Source of the DNA: Octopus vulgaris
Lineage: Eukaryota
Direction of reading: 5' to 3'
DNA: 64,000 nucleotides
NCBI GenBank assembly: GCA_951406725.2
Contig: OX597835.1
Coordinates: 19,778,001-19,842,000, forward strand
Position 1 is the first letter of the stretch, and every line of letters starts with the position of its first letter. The translations under genes were made by a program, and so were the position numbers. Positions 27,217-40,559 of the stretch are shown here, piece after piece. Below the pieces are notes generated by a model. The model was not told where the DNA came from. It saw nothing but the letters and a program-made list of their open reading frames with translations, and ran no database searches.

Positions 27217-27397
27217 TGAATCCTTTGCCTCATGTTTTTATTTTTATTTTGATCAATTTACTCCACCACCTACACCACCAAACGGTATACACAGGTGCTT
27301 ATAATTATCAAGTACTCACCCCGAATTTCTATATATATATATAGATATATGTATATTTATATGTATATGTGTGTGTATGTGTATTCATATATACACA

Positions 27398-27782
27398 TGG
27401 AAAGCACTCCATCGGTTATGACGACGAGGGTTCCGGTTGATCCGAATCAACGGAACAGCCTGCTCGTGAAATTGACGTGTAAGTGGCTGAGCACTCCACA
27501 GACACGTGTACCCTTAACGTCGTTCTCGGGGATATTCAGCGTGACACAGAGAGTGACAAGGCCGGCCCTTTGAAATACAGGTACAACAGAAACAGGAAGT
27601 AAGAGTGAGAGAAAGTTGTGGTGAAAGAGTACAGCAGGGATCACCACCATCCCTGCCGGAGCCTCGTGGAGCTTTTAGGTATTTTCGCTCAATAAACACT
27701 TACCACGCCCGGTCTGGGAATCAAAACCGCGATCCTATGACCGCGTGTCCGCTGCCCTAACCACTGGGCCATTGCCTCTCCA
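27398..27782 (-). mobile_element. SINE family C, full length
   Basis: Family similarity. Confidence 0.92.
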
Positions 27783-27820
27783 AAAAGACAATTATAATTG
27801 AGATGTGAACAAATGAACTT

Positions 27821-27911
27821 CATTAGCTTATAGCTGTTTCTGCTACAGCATGAAACGCCCTCATAGTTCGATACTTATGTAACGCGCTATAGATTCTTCG
27901 GTAGTATAATG
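27821..27911 (-). ncRNA. Degenerate hammerhead-like motif
   Basis: Minus strand: ccgaaga..ctatagc..gctgtagc-agaaac-agct-ata; core mutated. Confidence 0.35.
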
Positions 27912-28512
27912 TGAAGTGCAATTAAACTTGAAAATCCATTTAGATATGTGGCAGTATATATACTTGTTACACTCGTATATAGATATTGCAGCTATATTGA
28001 AATTTGTAACTTATTACAATAAATCAATCAACGGAACATTTAAATGTTATTGAATAACAAATAATAGAGATAACGCTCCTGACTCTTGCTTTACTATGGT
28101 TACAGTTAACAGGAAAAACACTTACAAGCGACCAGATATAGTATTTTTACTCCATTGCTTAATAGTGGTATACACTATATTCCTTAATTTTCATTATTTC
28201 CCTTTATAACATATGGGATATACATACATTTTGTTGCAAATCACAACGCCATCTTTCTACGCTAGTAGAAAAATCAAATCACTGAATATATACTTATCAA
28301 AACGTAGTTAAAACACTGTAATTTTAAGCGTTTATAGTCGTCAAAAATATCCCCTGTGTAAGGTACACGCTAGCAAGGGACTATAAAACGGAGCAGAAAA
28401 ACGAATATATATGTTATTAATAAAACACTAAGTTTTCAACGAATTCGGTTAACTATATAAATCAGACACCGATAAACGCATACAGAATGCAAATTCCCAA
28501 TTGATCGTTAGC

Positions 28513-28575
<63 letters not shown>

Positions 28576-28577
<2 letters not shown>

Positions 28578-28788
28578 TAAATTAGAGACAAAACCACTAT
28601 TAGTCAAATCATACAATGAAAAACTTAAGCCAATACATAAGATTATTAAATTTATATTATTTAAATATATAACAAAATTATTAAAAAAATATAATTAATA
28701 TATCACTACGATCGTTTCATGGCTGTTAATTTCTTTAAATTTTCAAGTCACAATCATTCATCAGGTGGTTTAAATATTTATCTTGGCG
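28576..28788 (-). mobile_element. (TA)n-flanked Penelope-like terminal-repeat fragment
   Basis: ~210-bp insert between two (TA)n runs that carries a hammerhead motif. Confidence 0.65.
28704..28767 (-). ncRNA. Type I hammerhead ribozyme motif with canonical core
   Basis: Minus strand: CAC-CTGATGA-ATGattgt..acagcCAT-GAAAC-GATC-GTA-GTG; palindromic stem III ACGATCGT. Confidence 0.75.
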
Positions 28789-28828
<40 letters not shown>

Positions 28829-28829
28829 G

Positions 28830-28910
<81 letters not shown>

Positions 28911-29008
28911 GCATACATAGATACACGTGAATGTATACATATTTAAACGTATATAAATATTTATATATATACGCATACATACACACAAGTGTATCTATCT
29001 ATATATCT

Positions 29009-29068
<60 letters not shown>

Positions 29069-29125
29069 CGAGACAGAAAAATATTATGCATACATAGGAA
29101 CAGATATTGTAGTTCGTTAGATATG

Positions 29126-29160
<35 letters not shown>

Positions 29161-30014
29161 TGAAAGAGAGGGGCCAATAACTCGTTTACACACAATCAGC
29201 TGGATTTTTACGTTGAAATTACAGAGACTTTGCTGAAGGGCGACAAAATCTTTGCAGATAAAAGACTGTACTACTGGGAAATAGAATAATGAGAAAATAA
29301 CGCATTTGTATTTAATAATGACTCAAGTATATCATCCATAGAGTTATATATTTTCTTAAATCAACAGACGGTCTTATTGCAAGCAATTTGTCAAATGAAT
29401 ATTACAGTGAAATACATATAAACTGTACCTTAATTAGCTAATACGTACACTTATAAAACACACACACGCATTAACTCTTATTTATAGTTATACGATATAG
29501 GAGTAAGCTATTTTTTCCTAAGATGACTAAAAATAATGAGACGTCTATTTTCTTTTAAAATATTTGCAAAGCTTCATTAATGTAATTTCGCTTTCCTTTG
29601 TGATCAAATTTTCATACTTTTATTTTCCAATCTGTAGTAGCAATTTTTGAAATCCTTCTATTAATAATGCATAATTTAGTAGAATAGTATTTGTCTGTTG
29701 TCACACTTTTTTTCCAAACCATAATCTATTTCATATTAAGCATCCTGCTATATATATATATATATATATGTATTTATGTATGTATGTATGTATGTATGTA
29801 TGTATGTATGTATGTATGTATGTATGTATGTATGTATGTATGTATGCATACATAGCCTGAAGATGCGCTACTGGGTATAATGGCGAAATAGCTTTCAAGT
29901 ACGTAAATATAACCAATAATTTTCTAAAGATATTCCTTTAGAAAATTACCAAAACATAGGCTAAATACGTTCATATATGTATGTATGAATATATACATCT
30001 ATCTATCTATCTAA

Positions 30015-30049
<35 letters not shown>

Positions 30050-30066
30050 CTATCTATCTATCTATC

Positions 30067-30115
<49 letters not shown>

Positions 30116-30835
30116 TACATATGTCTGTATACATATACATACACAAACGCGCGCTCACTTAGAGATATATACGTTTTTGTTAATTTGTAAGAAATAATGA
30201 CTAATTTTATCAGAACTTTGCAGTTGATCCGCCTTTCGACTCCCATCTTTTATGCGTCACATATCATAGCAAATCTTTCCGCTGCTACTTAACCATGAAA
30301 GATCATACGTATGCATACGCGCACATAAGCACACATAAATAGGTGCGTTGTGTAGACATACATATAATTTTACTATATGTTATATAGGTTAGTAGATAGA
30401 TTGATAGACAGACAGGTGGATAAATATTTCTTCTTTTCGCTTCGGTATGTTTGTATTGTTTTGTGCAAGTTAATCATCGCAACACCAACTGATGATGTGC
30501 TCACGGCACCAAACTTCTTAGAATGGCAACCAATCAACTGATTCGCAAAGAATATTTATATTTTTGTTTCCAGTAGACATAACGTCTAGATTTTGCTGTG
30601 TTTGTCAACGAAGTTTTTGATTTATAAATATATCACAAGATGAATTTCTCTTCTAAATTGTCCAGGGAATAAAAATGCGTCATACGTTCAAGACATTCTG
30701 TCTCATGGTTAGCTATCATCTTGGTTAACATCATTACCTCTTTACACTCGCGCAAATAAAGTATTTTTTTCTCATTCCTTAACAGTAGTATAGCCTATAT
30801 TTCCCCTATTTTAAATTGACCTTACCATTTTCATA

Positions 30836-31349
30836 TCTATATATATAAAACTGTAGTTGTGTGAGTGTCTGTCCCCTTCGATTTAGATTCCTAACTACTC
30901 CCACATTTTGCGGTGCAATTTAACCAAATTCGGGTATCTTATAGTTGTGATTCATATCGAGCGCGTCTGAGTATTAGCGCGCGTCTACGATGAGTCTACG
31001 ATTTAAAAAATAATTTAACATCATTTTTTATTCCATTTTAATGCATATTTTTTCGTGTGTCGATGGCGGCGGAGTTGGCATCCATGGTCACACCTGCACC
31101 TGTGTTGCTTCTCCCCCTTCTTCCCTCCCTCGTGAAGCTGTGGGGAAGGCAGTGTAAGGAAATCAACGTCGTAAAGCGTTGTCAAGGAGACCAGCGTTCT
31201 TTTAGAACAACGACTTCGTGGCTTGAAGACACCAAAGCAGAAATGGCTAAGAAAGTCCGAATTTGCATCTATAAGGGAAGTAACTCTCTAAAAATACTTA
31301 TATAGTTATTTCCCTTACAAACCCGAGCAACGCCGGGCGATACTGCTAG
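30836..31349 (+). mobile_element. Non-autonomous Helitron with GC-rich internal segment
   Basis: A|TCTATATATATAAAA 5' end; cccgagcaacgccggg hairpin; CTAG|T 3' end; A/T insertion site. Confidence 0.88.
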
Positions 31350-31659
31350 TAATTCATAATATTTCATTCCCATTGTCCTCATCGCCGTCGTCAGTATCAT
31401 CCTTCTCGTCTTCATCATAAATCATCATCTGCATCATCGTCATCATTTTGGTCGTCGTCGTCGTTGAAGTTTCGAGAAGATGTCCCCGTGCAGAATTATT
31501 TCCGTTCCCTTTAAGTTTTGATGGCGAATCAGGCCGGATTCACCTTTGATTCTTAAAGACCCAGTTTGGTAAAGATCGTTGTAATGTCTACGCTCATTGA
31601 ACGTAAATTTGTGGACTTTGTGTCTAAATTACAAACGGTTATTTTAGCTGTTGTTGCTT

Positions 31660-31675
31660 AGCAGTAATAGTAGTT

Positions 31676-31707
<32 letters not shown>

Positions 31708-31979
31708 TGTTGTTGTTGTTGTAGTAGTAGTAGTAGTAGCAGCAGTAATGGTGGTGGTGGCAGTAGTATTAATGCTGGTGATGATGGTGGTTGCAGTATA
31801 GTAGTAGCAGTAGTAGCAACAACAGCTGTAGCAACTGTACCAACAGTAGCAGCAGCAGCAGTAGTAGTAGTAGTAGTAGTAGTATATATATATGTATGTA
31901 TATATATATATACATGCATATATATATATATACATATATATACATACATACATACATATATATATATACATATATATAC

Positions 31980-32035
<56 letters not shown>
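31660..32035. repeat. (AGT)n/(GTT)n/(GCA)n and (TA)n/(TACA)n microsatellites
   Basis: Visible runs. Confidence 0.9.
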
Positions 32036-33305
32036 CTAATGAAATTAGCATGATTGGAAGAATATGACCATTCCCAAGTCAAACAAATACCTGTTTCATC
32101 ACACATTTGCACATAAATAATCTTGCTTTAAAAAATAATTTAAAATAAAATAGCCCAAAACATTTTTTTAAAATGTAGTATTGTACATTACATTCAGATA
32201 GAGCATAAGAAATTTTTTGAATAATATTGTATACGCAGAGTACAAAAAATCATATTTCTATTATAAACGTATTTCGTATAGAAAGATTAGTTTCCCCATG
32301 TCAAATTTCTCAAAAATATGATGGCTGCAACGAAATTTTGCCATGGTTATTGATAGAGATATGTAAATTTTGATACCCCACAAATATGTTTCAATGTAAA
32401 TTAAAAACACCAGTATATTTAAAATGATAATGTTTAACATATTACAACTACAGCTCCTAATAAAAGAAATATGTGTCGGTTTCAGATAATCTAAATTGCG
32501 TGAATTAAATATATGTTTCGATAATATTTTTATAATGAGGTTCTTCTTATCTGCTATATTTATATGTGTATTTGTAAATGTACAAATGTAAATGAAGCAA
32601 ATAATTATTTAAATTATGGTTAGTGAGAAAATGATAAGAAAAGTCGATATTGTAAAGACTGTCTTATTCTACGACCGAAGAAAGAGAAAATAATAATATA
32701 AAAACAATATTTAAAAAAATTAGCTTTAGGACCCAGGAGGAAAGAACTTAAGGAAGTAGTAAAAAGAAAATATGAGAGACTAGTGGAGTACTTATAATTA
32801 GAATAGCATATAAATTAGAAGAGAAAAGAATAGGGACAGAATATATTAATAAATTATTGTCGTTGATAAGCTAATGCTATTTATATTTGTATCAAAGGTT
32901 CTACGACAAAACTGTCATATAATGATAACACATACATACACGCACCACACAGACAGACACACACACACATACACAAACACAAACACATATATTCATGTAT
33001 ATTGTTTGTATATGTGTGTGTATGTGTTCACTTCCTCGGAGTAATGTTGTTTGTTGCACTGAGTTGACGTGTTGTATGAAAACCATAGAGATTTAGTTTT
33101 ATATTCGAAAATATTAGGTAGAGTTTGTGTGAATAGGAAATTAAATACAAGGTTAATACGAAATTTATTCAGGAAATAATCAGATGGTATGTGCTTGGGG
33201 ACCAGTTTGAAGTTTACGAGACACTATGCTACGGAAGAATAAATAAAAACTTGAATATTGATGATTAATAGGGAAAACTTATTCAAATTTCTAAGTGAAA
33301 TTACA

Positions 33306-33712
33306 TAGGCGCAGGAGTGGCTGTGTGGTAAGTAGCTTGCTAACCAACCATATGGTTCCGGGTTCAGTCCCACTGCGTGGCATCTTGGGCAAGTGTCTTC
33401 TACTATAGCCTCGGGCCGACCAAAGCCTTGTGAGTGGATTTGGTAGACGGAAGCTGAAAGAAGCCTGTCGTATATATGTATGTGTGTTTGTGTGTCTGTG
33501 TTTGTCCCCCTAGCATTGCTTGACAACCGATGCTGGTGTGTTTATGTCCCCGTCAATTAGCGGTTCGGCAAAAGAGACAGATAGAATAAGTACTGGGCTT
33601 ACAAAGAATAAGTCCCGGGGTCGATTTGCTCGACTAAAGGCGGTGCTCCAGCATGGCCGCAGTCAAATGACTGAAACAAATAAAAGAGTAAAAGAGTAAA
33701 GAGAAAGAGTAA
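33306..33712 (+). mobile_element. SINE family B, full length, (AAAGAGT)n tail
   Basis: tRNA-like head ggcgcaggagtggctgtgtggt..gggttcagtccc; CORE-like cttgggcaagtg. Confidence 0.92.
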
Positions 33713-34337
33713 GGAGTGGGAGGTACGCAGTTTAACTGTGGCTTCAAATTTTAACACAAGGCAAGCGATTTCGGGGAAGAGGCTATGTAAATGTTTTCGA
33801 CCCCAGTTCTCAATTGTTACTTATTTTATCAACCTCGTAAGGTTGAACGGCAATGTTTACCTCGGCGGAATGTTAACAACGTAAGGATAGTTCGTCAAAG
33901 GATAGCTCGTGACTATCCAGAGCACGGTCTTCAATTCGTAAGGTATTTTCAAACTGCTTCGTGGTATATAATTTGTATAAAACGGATGAAAATCTAGTTT
34001 ATAAGTATTTCCACATTATATTTTGAATAACTATCCGATGCATTTAACCACTAAATCCTTTTAATACTTATTCCTGTGTTCCATGTATATTCGATATTTT
34101 TTCTCAATCTGCAACAGAATTCCAACTCCACCCTGATTCCATTTTACTATAAGACTAAAATTACATTATTCGCAGGAATGAATCATTCCCTTCGATCTCC
34201 AATTATGATTTTAAAAATTAAGCATTGATTTTCAACACTTTTAATATAACTTTTAGAAGAAAAATCTGTAATGAAGCTACATTTTTAATAAAACTTTAAT
34301 TACACTCACATGCTCTTGCACATCTTTCTCTTCATAA

Positions 34338-34423
<86 letters not shown>

Positions 34424-34436
34424 GTATATATATATA

Positions 34437-34635
34437 GTTAATCCAAACAAGAAAACACAAAAAAAACACAGCAACGCGAGGACGTGGAACAAATAAAGTA
34501 TTATTGGACGCTCAGGAAAGAAGGGAAGGAGGAGGGTTTAACGTTTCGAGCGGATCTCTTCGTCGGAAATTTAGGAGAAGGAAAGATCCCGAGAAGATAA
34601 GACAGGAAATAAAATTGCTGGCGGTGCTCATGAGG

Positions 34636-34638
<3 letters not shown>
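34437..34638 (-). mobile_element. (TA)n-flanked ~200-bp element with variant hammerhead-like motif (34537-34569)
   Basis: Reverse complement of 63781-63990; minus strand ttt-CCGACGA-agag atccg ctc-GAAAC-GTT-aaa. Confidence 0.75.
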
Positions 34639-34708
<70 letters not shown>

Positions 34709-34754
34709 CATCACACTGTTATTATTAGATCACTTACTAGCTTACATGAAATAT

Positions 34755-35130
34755 TAGTTTAGGATATTTGGCACAAGAGCAGCAAGTTCAGAGGAGAAAG
34801 CTGGCCAATCATATCAAACCCAATGCAGGAACTTACTTTAACGGACTCATAAGAATGAAAAGCAAAACCAACCTCGGTGTAATTTGAACTCAGAACACGT
34901 TGAAGCTCGCACGAAATGTCGCTAAGCACTTTTCCAGGCGTGCTAACGATTCAGCCAGCTGATCGTCTTATATACAGGTAAAAGTGGTTTAAAGATTATG
35001 ACACAAGGGCAGCAATTTAAGAGCCTGGAAAAGTTGATTAATACTGTTACGTATTTGCTCCACTCCGAGAAGACAAAAAGCTGACCTCAGCGGAATATTA
35101 ACTCAGAACGTAGAGATGGTCGAAATGCTA
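34755..35130 (-). mobile_element. Two degenerate SINE A copies
   Basis: aatttgaactcagaac..gctaagca..gctaacgattc.gccagct motifs. Confidence 0.65.
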
Positions 35131-36092
35131 GCCTTGTACCTTAAATTTTAAAACCAGGATGAAAACTGGTTTCTTCTCACATATCATATCGTCTCATTAC
35201 ATTTGAACTTGCCGTCTTTAAGACTCCATTGATAGTATGCATGAACAAATGTTTAGATGAATTAAACCAGAATTCCAAAGTAATACTGACTCATTATAAT
35301 TTAGTAATCTTAATAGCCAATCGAACTACCAGTTGTTCTAACGCCTAAATGATTCTAATTTCAATTTTATTTTATTTTATATATTTTACTTGTTACTGAT
35401 GCACCCATGTTAACCTCTCATAAGTACCATCTGCTACAGCATTTGTGTATCTTTTGAGTAAACAAATTTCTTTTGGCTTTCCAAAATAATGTTTCCTATT
35501 CATGTTATAGTTTGTCTTTCGCTTTGTTTTCCAAACTAGATATTTGAAACGATATTGCTTTGTTTCCTGTATTTCTCCTCGTACCCTCATATATGTTCAC
35601 TCTTTAAAGTGCTGCATTTAGCAATTTTCTCTGATATTGACTTTTCTTATCGCATTCACTCTAACCATAATTTAAATAATTATTTGCATAATTTAACATC
35701 ACACATGTAATATAGGGCGGTATTAAATGTTATAAAGAGTAGTATTAAGATATATGTGCTTATCAAAGGAAATTTCGAAGCCTATAATAATTATAAACGC
35801 ATCTTAATTATAGGAATGTTCTTCAAACATCTAACCAAGCAATTTAGAAAGCATTCATTATTTGGGATTATAATTAAAGTGTGAAACAAAAGAAACAGGG
35901 GAGTTTTCGTTTATAACAGTCTATTAGTAATATTTGAATGTTAATATCATATATGTATCAAGGCGGCCAGATGGAATAATGAAGTCCGAGCAAGACGATT
36001 CGTAGTATAGCGTCCGACTTAACGCACTGATTTCAGATGCTGTTGGAGTCGCATTTGACTTTCAATATCCCGGGGCCGATAAAATAAATACC

Positions 36093-36325
36093 TATTTCTT
36101 TATTACCCACATGGGGCTAAACATAGAGGGAACAAACAAGGACAGACATAGGTATTAAGTCGATTACATCGACCCCAGTGCATAACTGGTACTTAATTTA
36201 TCGACCCCGAAAGGATGAAAGGCAAAGTCGACCTCGGCGGAATTTGAGCTTAGAATGTAATGGCAGGCGAAATACCGCTAAGCATTTCGTCCGACGTGCT
36301 AACGGTTCTGCCAGCTCGCCGCCTT
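36093..36325 (-). mobile_element. SINE A nested antisense inside an older SINE A (35960-36370, +), 14-bp TSD ataaaataaatacc
   Basis: TSD at 36079-36092 and 36327-36340; host copy resumes as agttgaccattggtgtcgat. Confidence 0.88.
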
Positions 36326-36427
36326 AATAAAATAAATACCAGTTGACCATTGGTGTCGATTAAATTGACTTGGCGCTTTGTGTATGTTACTGATTGCATC
36401 TTTTATTGTACGACTTTTAATTCTATA

Positions 36428-36906
36428 TTGTGATGAGACATGGCTGTGATGAGATATGGTTTTGATGAGATATGGTTGTGATGAGATATGGCTGTGATGA
36501 GATATGGCTGTGATGAGATATGGTTGTGATGAGATATGGTTGTGATGAGATATGGTTGTGATGAGATATGGCTGTGATGAGATATGGCTGTGATGAGATA
36601 TGGTTGTGATGAGATATGGCTGTGATGAGATATGGTTGTGATGAGATATGGTTGTGATGAGATATGGCTGTGATGAGATATGGTTGTGATGAGATATGGT
36701 TGTGATGAGATATGGTTGTGATGAGATATGGTTGTGATGAGATATGGTTGTGATGAGATATGGTTGTGATGAGATATGGCTGTGATGAGATATGGCTGTG
36801 ATGAGATATGGTTGTGATGAGATATGGCTGTGATGAGATATGGCTGTGATGAGATATTGTTGTGATGAGATATGGTTGTGATGAAATATGGTTGTGATGA
36901 GATATG
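36428..36906. repeat. 15-bp minisatellite (TGTGATGAGATATGG-like unit with a C/T variant), about 32 units
   Basis: Visible tandem units ggYtgtgatgagatat. Confidence 0.95.
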
Positions 36907-37022
36907 CTCAGAGAGAAACAGAAGTATTTCAGCGATCCTAGCGAAGACTGAAGAAAAATGTGCATCAATTCTGTTATCATCGATGGAACGAGCTCTCTTT
37001 CGTTTCAAAAGATGCATGGAAA

Positions 37023-37195
37023 TAGGCGCAGGAGTGGCTGTGTGGTAAGTAGCTTGCTAACCAACCACATGGTTTCGGGTTCAGTCCCATTGCGTGGCAT
37101 CTTGGGCAAGTGTCTTCTGCTATAGCCCCGGGCCGACCAATGACTTGTGAGTGGATTTGGTAGACGGAAACTGAAAGAAGCCTGTCGTATATATG

Positions 37196-37240
<45 letters not shown>

Positions 37241-37435
37241 TTGTGTGTCTGTGTTTGTCCCCCTAGCATTGCTTGACAACCGATGCTGGTGTGTTTACGT
37301 CCCCGTCACTTAGCGGTTCGCCAAAAGAGACCGATAGAATAAGTCCTGGGGTCGATTTGCTCGACTAAAGGCGGTGCTCTAGCATGGCCGCAGTCAAATG
37401 ACTGAAACAAGTAATAAAGTAAAAGAGTAAAGAGA
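37023..37435 (+). mobile_element. SINE family B, full length
   Basis: Family similarity. Confidence 0.92.
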
Positions 37436-38115
37436 AATGCTTAATCTATCATGAAATTAGTTTAGGCTTCAAAATACTACCAGTACAAATTTATACACGA
37501 AGTACCAGATATACTACGGCTGAAAAAAAACTGACATTTGAGAACATGATCAGCATATTTACTGCTGAACTGGAATAACGACAAGCACTAAACGGTGAAA
37601 AATGAAATAATACACTACACATTCCATCTCTATTTTAAAATAACTTTTAAGTTATTTATCGATTTTCTATTTATTTTTATAAAATTCTCCGTATAAAATA
37701 TAGTTTCTAATTTTATCACAAAATTATTTTCAAACATTTTACACACTTTAGGCATAGAAGTTGGCACTCTCTCTCCCCCCTCTCTCTCTCTCTCCCTCTC
37801 TTTATGTATGTGCGTGCGCACTTATATTGTACATTTTAATGTTTTCAAATAGATTTTTTTTTCGCTTTCGGCATGTTTACATATCCAGTGACCATAAAAT
37901 GGGAAAGTTCTGGAAGACAGATCAGGTTAAGAACGTCGCCATTTTGAGACTACTGAACGAATAAAACTTCACACATTCGTATCTGTGTGCGTTTAACTCC
38001 GTTGCTCCTTGTTGTTTTATTGATTTTCAATAGATATATTTATGTATGTGTGTAATCTATATCCTAACATGCATATATGCACATTCATCAATTTACGTTT
38101 GCAGACACATGTATA

Positions 38116-38177
<62 letters not shown>

Positions 38178-38209
38178 CATCTATACATGCATATATCTAT
38201 CTATCTATA

Positions 38210-38268
<59 letters not shown>

Positions 38269-38447
38269 GCATGTATGTATGTATAAAACATGCGTGTTAC
38301 ATCATGGATACCTCTCTGCCGGTCTTGTGTGTGCAAATGCTGAATTTCACAAGTGACTTACTGTGTTCCTGATGTCAACGTGTATAATATTTTGGGTGCA
38401 GTTTATCTGACTAGACAGATAATGAAAACAAAGAAACGCACTGCTGA

Positions 38448-38490
<43 letters not shown>

Positions 38491-38681
38491 GTTTTTGTGC
38501 AGTTTGTTGAAAATAGCAGCACGGAACTGTGAATGAAGCTTATTCGGTATAATTCGGTATAATTCAATTCGTTCGTCCACACAATTTATATAAAGAATAA
38601 AATACAGGCACACGCTAACCCTCACGTACATAAATATACATAAATGCAAACATTATCATATATATATATATATATATATAT

Positions 38682-38871
38682 GTTGAATCGCTGGCTTCTG
38701 CACGCATTTTTTTCTTTCTGTGTTTCTTTTCTGTGTATCTTTCTGTTGAAGAGCGTAGGCTCGAAACGTAAAAGACTTGTTTTATTTATATTCCTGAGCG
38801 CCATACTAATACAATTGTTTGTTTGTACTCCACCTGCCTTCGTCTTTTGTTTATTTTCATAAAGCTTCCCG

Positions 38872-38872
<1 letters not shown>
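38682..38872 (+). mobile_element. (TA)n-flanked element with variant hammerhead-like motif (38738-38775)
   Basis: TCTTT-CTGTTGA-a-GAGC gtag GCTC-GAAAC-GTA-AAAGA; related to 63490-63682. Confidence 0.7.
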
Positions 38873-38926
<54 letters not shown>

Positions 38927-38964
38927 CCTATTTATGCACACACCCATGCACATATCTTTCATCT

Positions 38965-39312
38965 GTTATCTTATGCTTGTTTTAGTCATTAGACTGCGGT
39001 CATTCCAGGGCATTTCCTCAAATATTTAGTCGAATAAATAGAACCCAGTACTTGTTTTTTAAGCCTAGTTCTTATTCTATCGGCCTCTATTGCCAAACCG
39101 CTGAGATACGAGGATGTTACCAGACCAACACCAGTTGTCAAACGGTCATGCGGGGACAGACTCAGATACGAAGACACACACACACATATACATATACATG
39201 CATACAGAACGGGCCTCTTTCATTTTCCGTCTACAAAATCCACACAAAAGGGTTTGATCGACCCGAGGCTTGAACAAGGTGTCACGAAGTAGGACAGAAC
39301 CCCGAACCAGGC
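38965..39312 (-). mobile_element. SINE family B, degenerate
   Basis: cttgttttagtcatt.gactgcggtcat..accaacaccagttgtcaa..ttccgtctacaaaatccac. Confidence 0.75.
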
Positions 39313-39800
39313 AGGAATATATATGGGATTTGTTTTGGAGATTAATAATGCACTTGAAGCTCAAAACGTGTAATCGTTTTTAAATTTTGTTATAGATTCG
39401 TTCAAATATCAAACCGGATTCGATATTGCTTTGCTTATCAGTAGTACAAATATATAAATAAATGGTTTGTGATAGCTAAATGTTAGAAGGTAAAACTCGG
39501 ACAAATATGTATAAACAGATCAAATGTTGGAATGTTCAGAGAAATGTCAATGAGTTTCACAGAAATAGATGATAAAACATGTATACATGTTCAGTGAAGT
39601 TCCATAAAAAATTTACGTTGTTGAAAGTTTAGCCATATTGAGTCCTCATGAAAGAAGTGGAGAATAAACGGAGAAAGGTGGAGAGAAGGAAAGCTGTTTC
39701 TGCCTTGGTGCTTGTAGTACTTTTCTTAATTTCAGCCTCTATGCACTGGTCTCTTCACCTTCTCAGCTTGTGGTATTTCAAAGTGCTTGTGGTATTTCAA

Positions 39801-40014
39801 AGGCGGCGAGCTGGCAGAAACGTTAGCACGCCGGGCGAAATGCGTAGCCGTATTTCGTTTGCCGTTACGTTCTGAGTTCAAATTCCGCCGAGGTTGACTT
39901 TCGGGGTCGATTAAATAAATACCAGTTACGCGCTGGGGTCGATATAATCGACTTAATCCGTTTGTCCTTGTTTGTCCTCTCTGTGTTTAGCCCCTTGTGG
40001 GTAGTAAAGAAATA
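39801..40014 (+). mobile_element. SINE family A inserted in the Penelope-like 3' region
   Basis: Family similarity; flanks ggtatttcaaag / ggcatttcaaag. Confidence 0.9.
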
Positions 40015-40559
40015 GGCATTTCAAAGTGCTAGAAGTTTAAATCTTTTAGAATATATGTTTACGTAATCGGTTCCAATCTTTGATTTTTTATAATTTCGAT
40101 GACGTATTTTTGTTTTTATCGTGGATGTTTTGGTCAAAATATTTTTGTTTGGCAAAAGTGTAGCGTTTTCGTCGTTTGGCTTCTTTGTGACGCCCATTGC
40201 TTGTTCATCACCCGTCACTTTATTTTGATCGAAAGTATTTTCCGTTTTTGTGTTGTCAAAGTTCAACCTTCTGCTTTGTTGAGTTCCTGGTAGGAATTCG
40301 GTCACGCGTTTTTCCCTAATGGTCATCTAGCGTTCCAGTTGGTTGGTTCCCTTAAGAAGTCACTATCTGTTTGTTTTTTATTTGAATCCGATTCTAACCA
40401 GAGAGAAATGTCTTTGTTTTTGTCTATGGCGATGTCAGCAACTGGTGTTTCAACAGGTGTATTAAGTTATTGTATAATAATTTCTTACTTATACGTTTGT
40501 ATCAGTTGTCTGTAGTCGTTTTCCGTGAATGTATTGGGTTTTCTCTTTCTGTTGTATTA

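Larger units (their letters stand above)
26594..27260. repeat. Near-perfect 667-bp palindrome (333/332-bp arms, 2-nt spacer TT at 26927-26928)
   Basis: Arms read as reverse complements; I see only a 1-nt indel (cacgttacg vs cacgtacg). Mirrored ORFs 26621+ and 27233- confirm it. Confidence 0.97.

Noticed and set aside
26621-27233. Mirrored ORFs MRQRIQRYICFGP..
   Set aside because: They are a consequence of the palindrome, short, and show no coding signal.
36428-36906. 15-bp array as a CRISPR array
   Set aside because: Head-to-tail units with no spacers.
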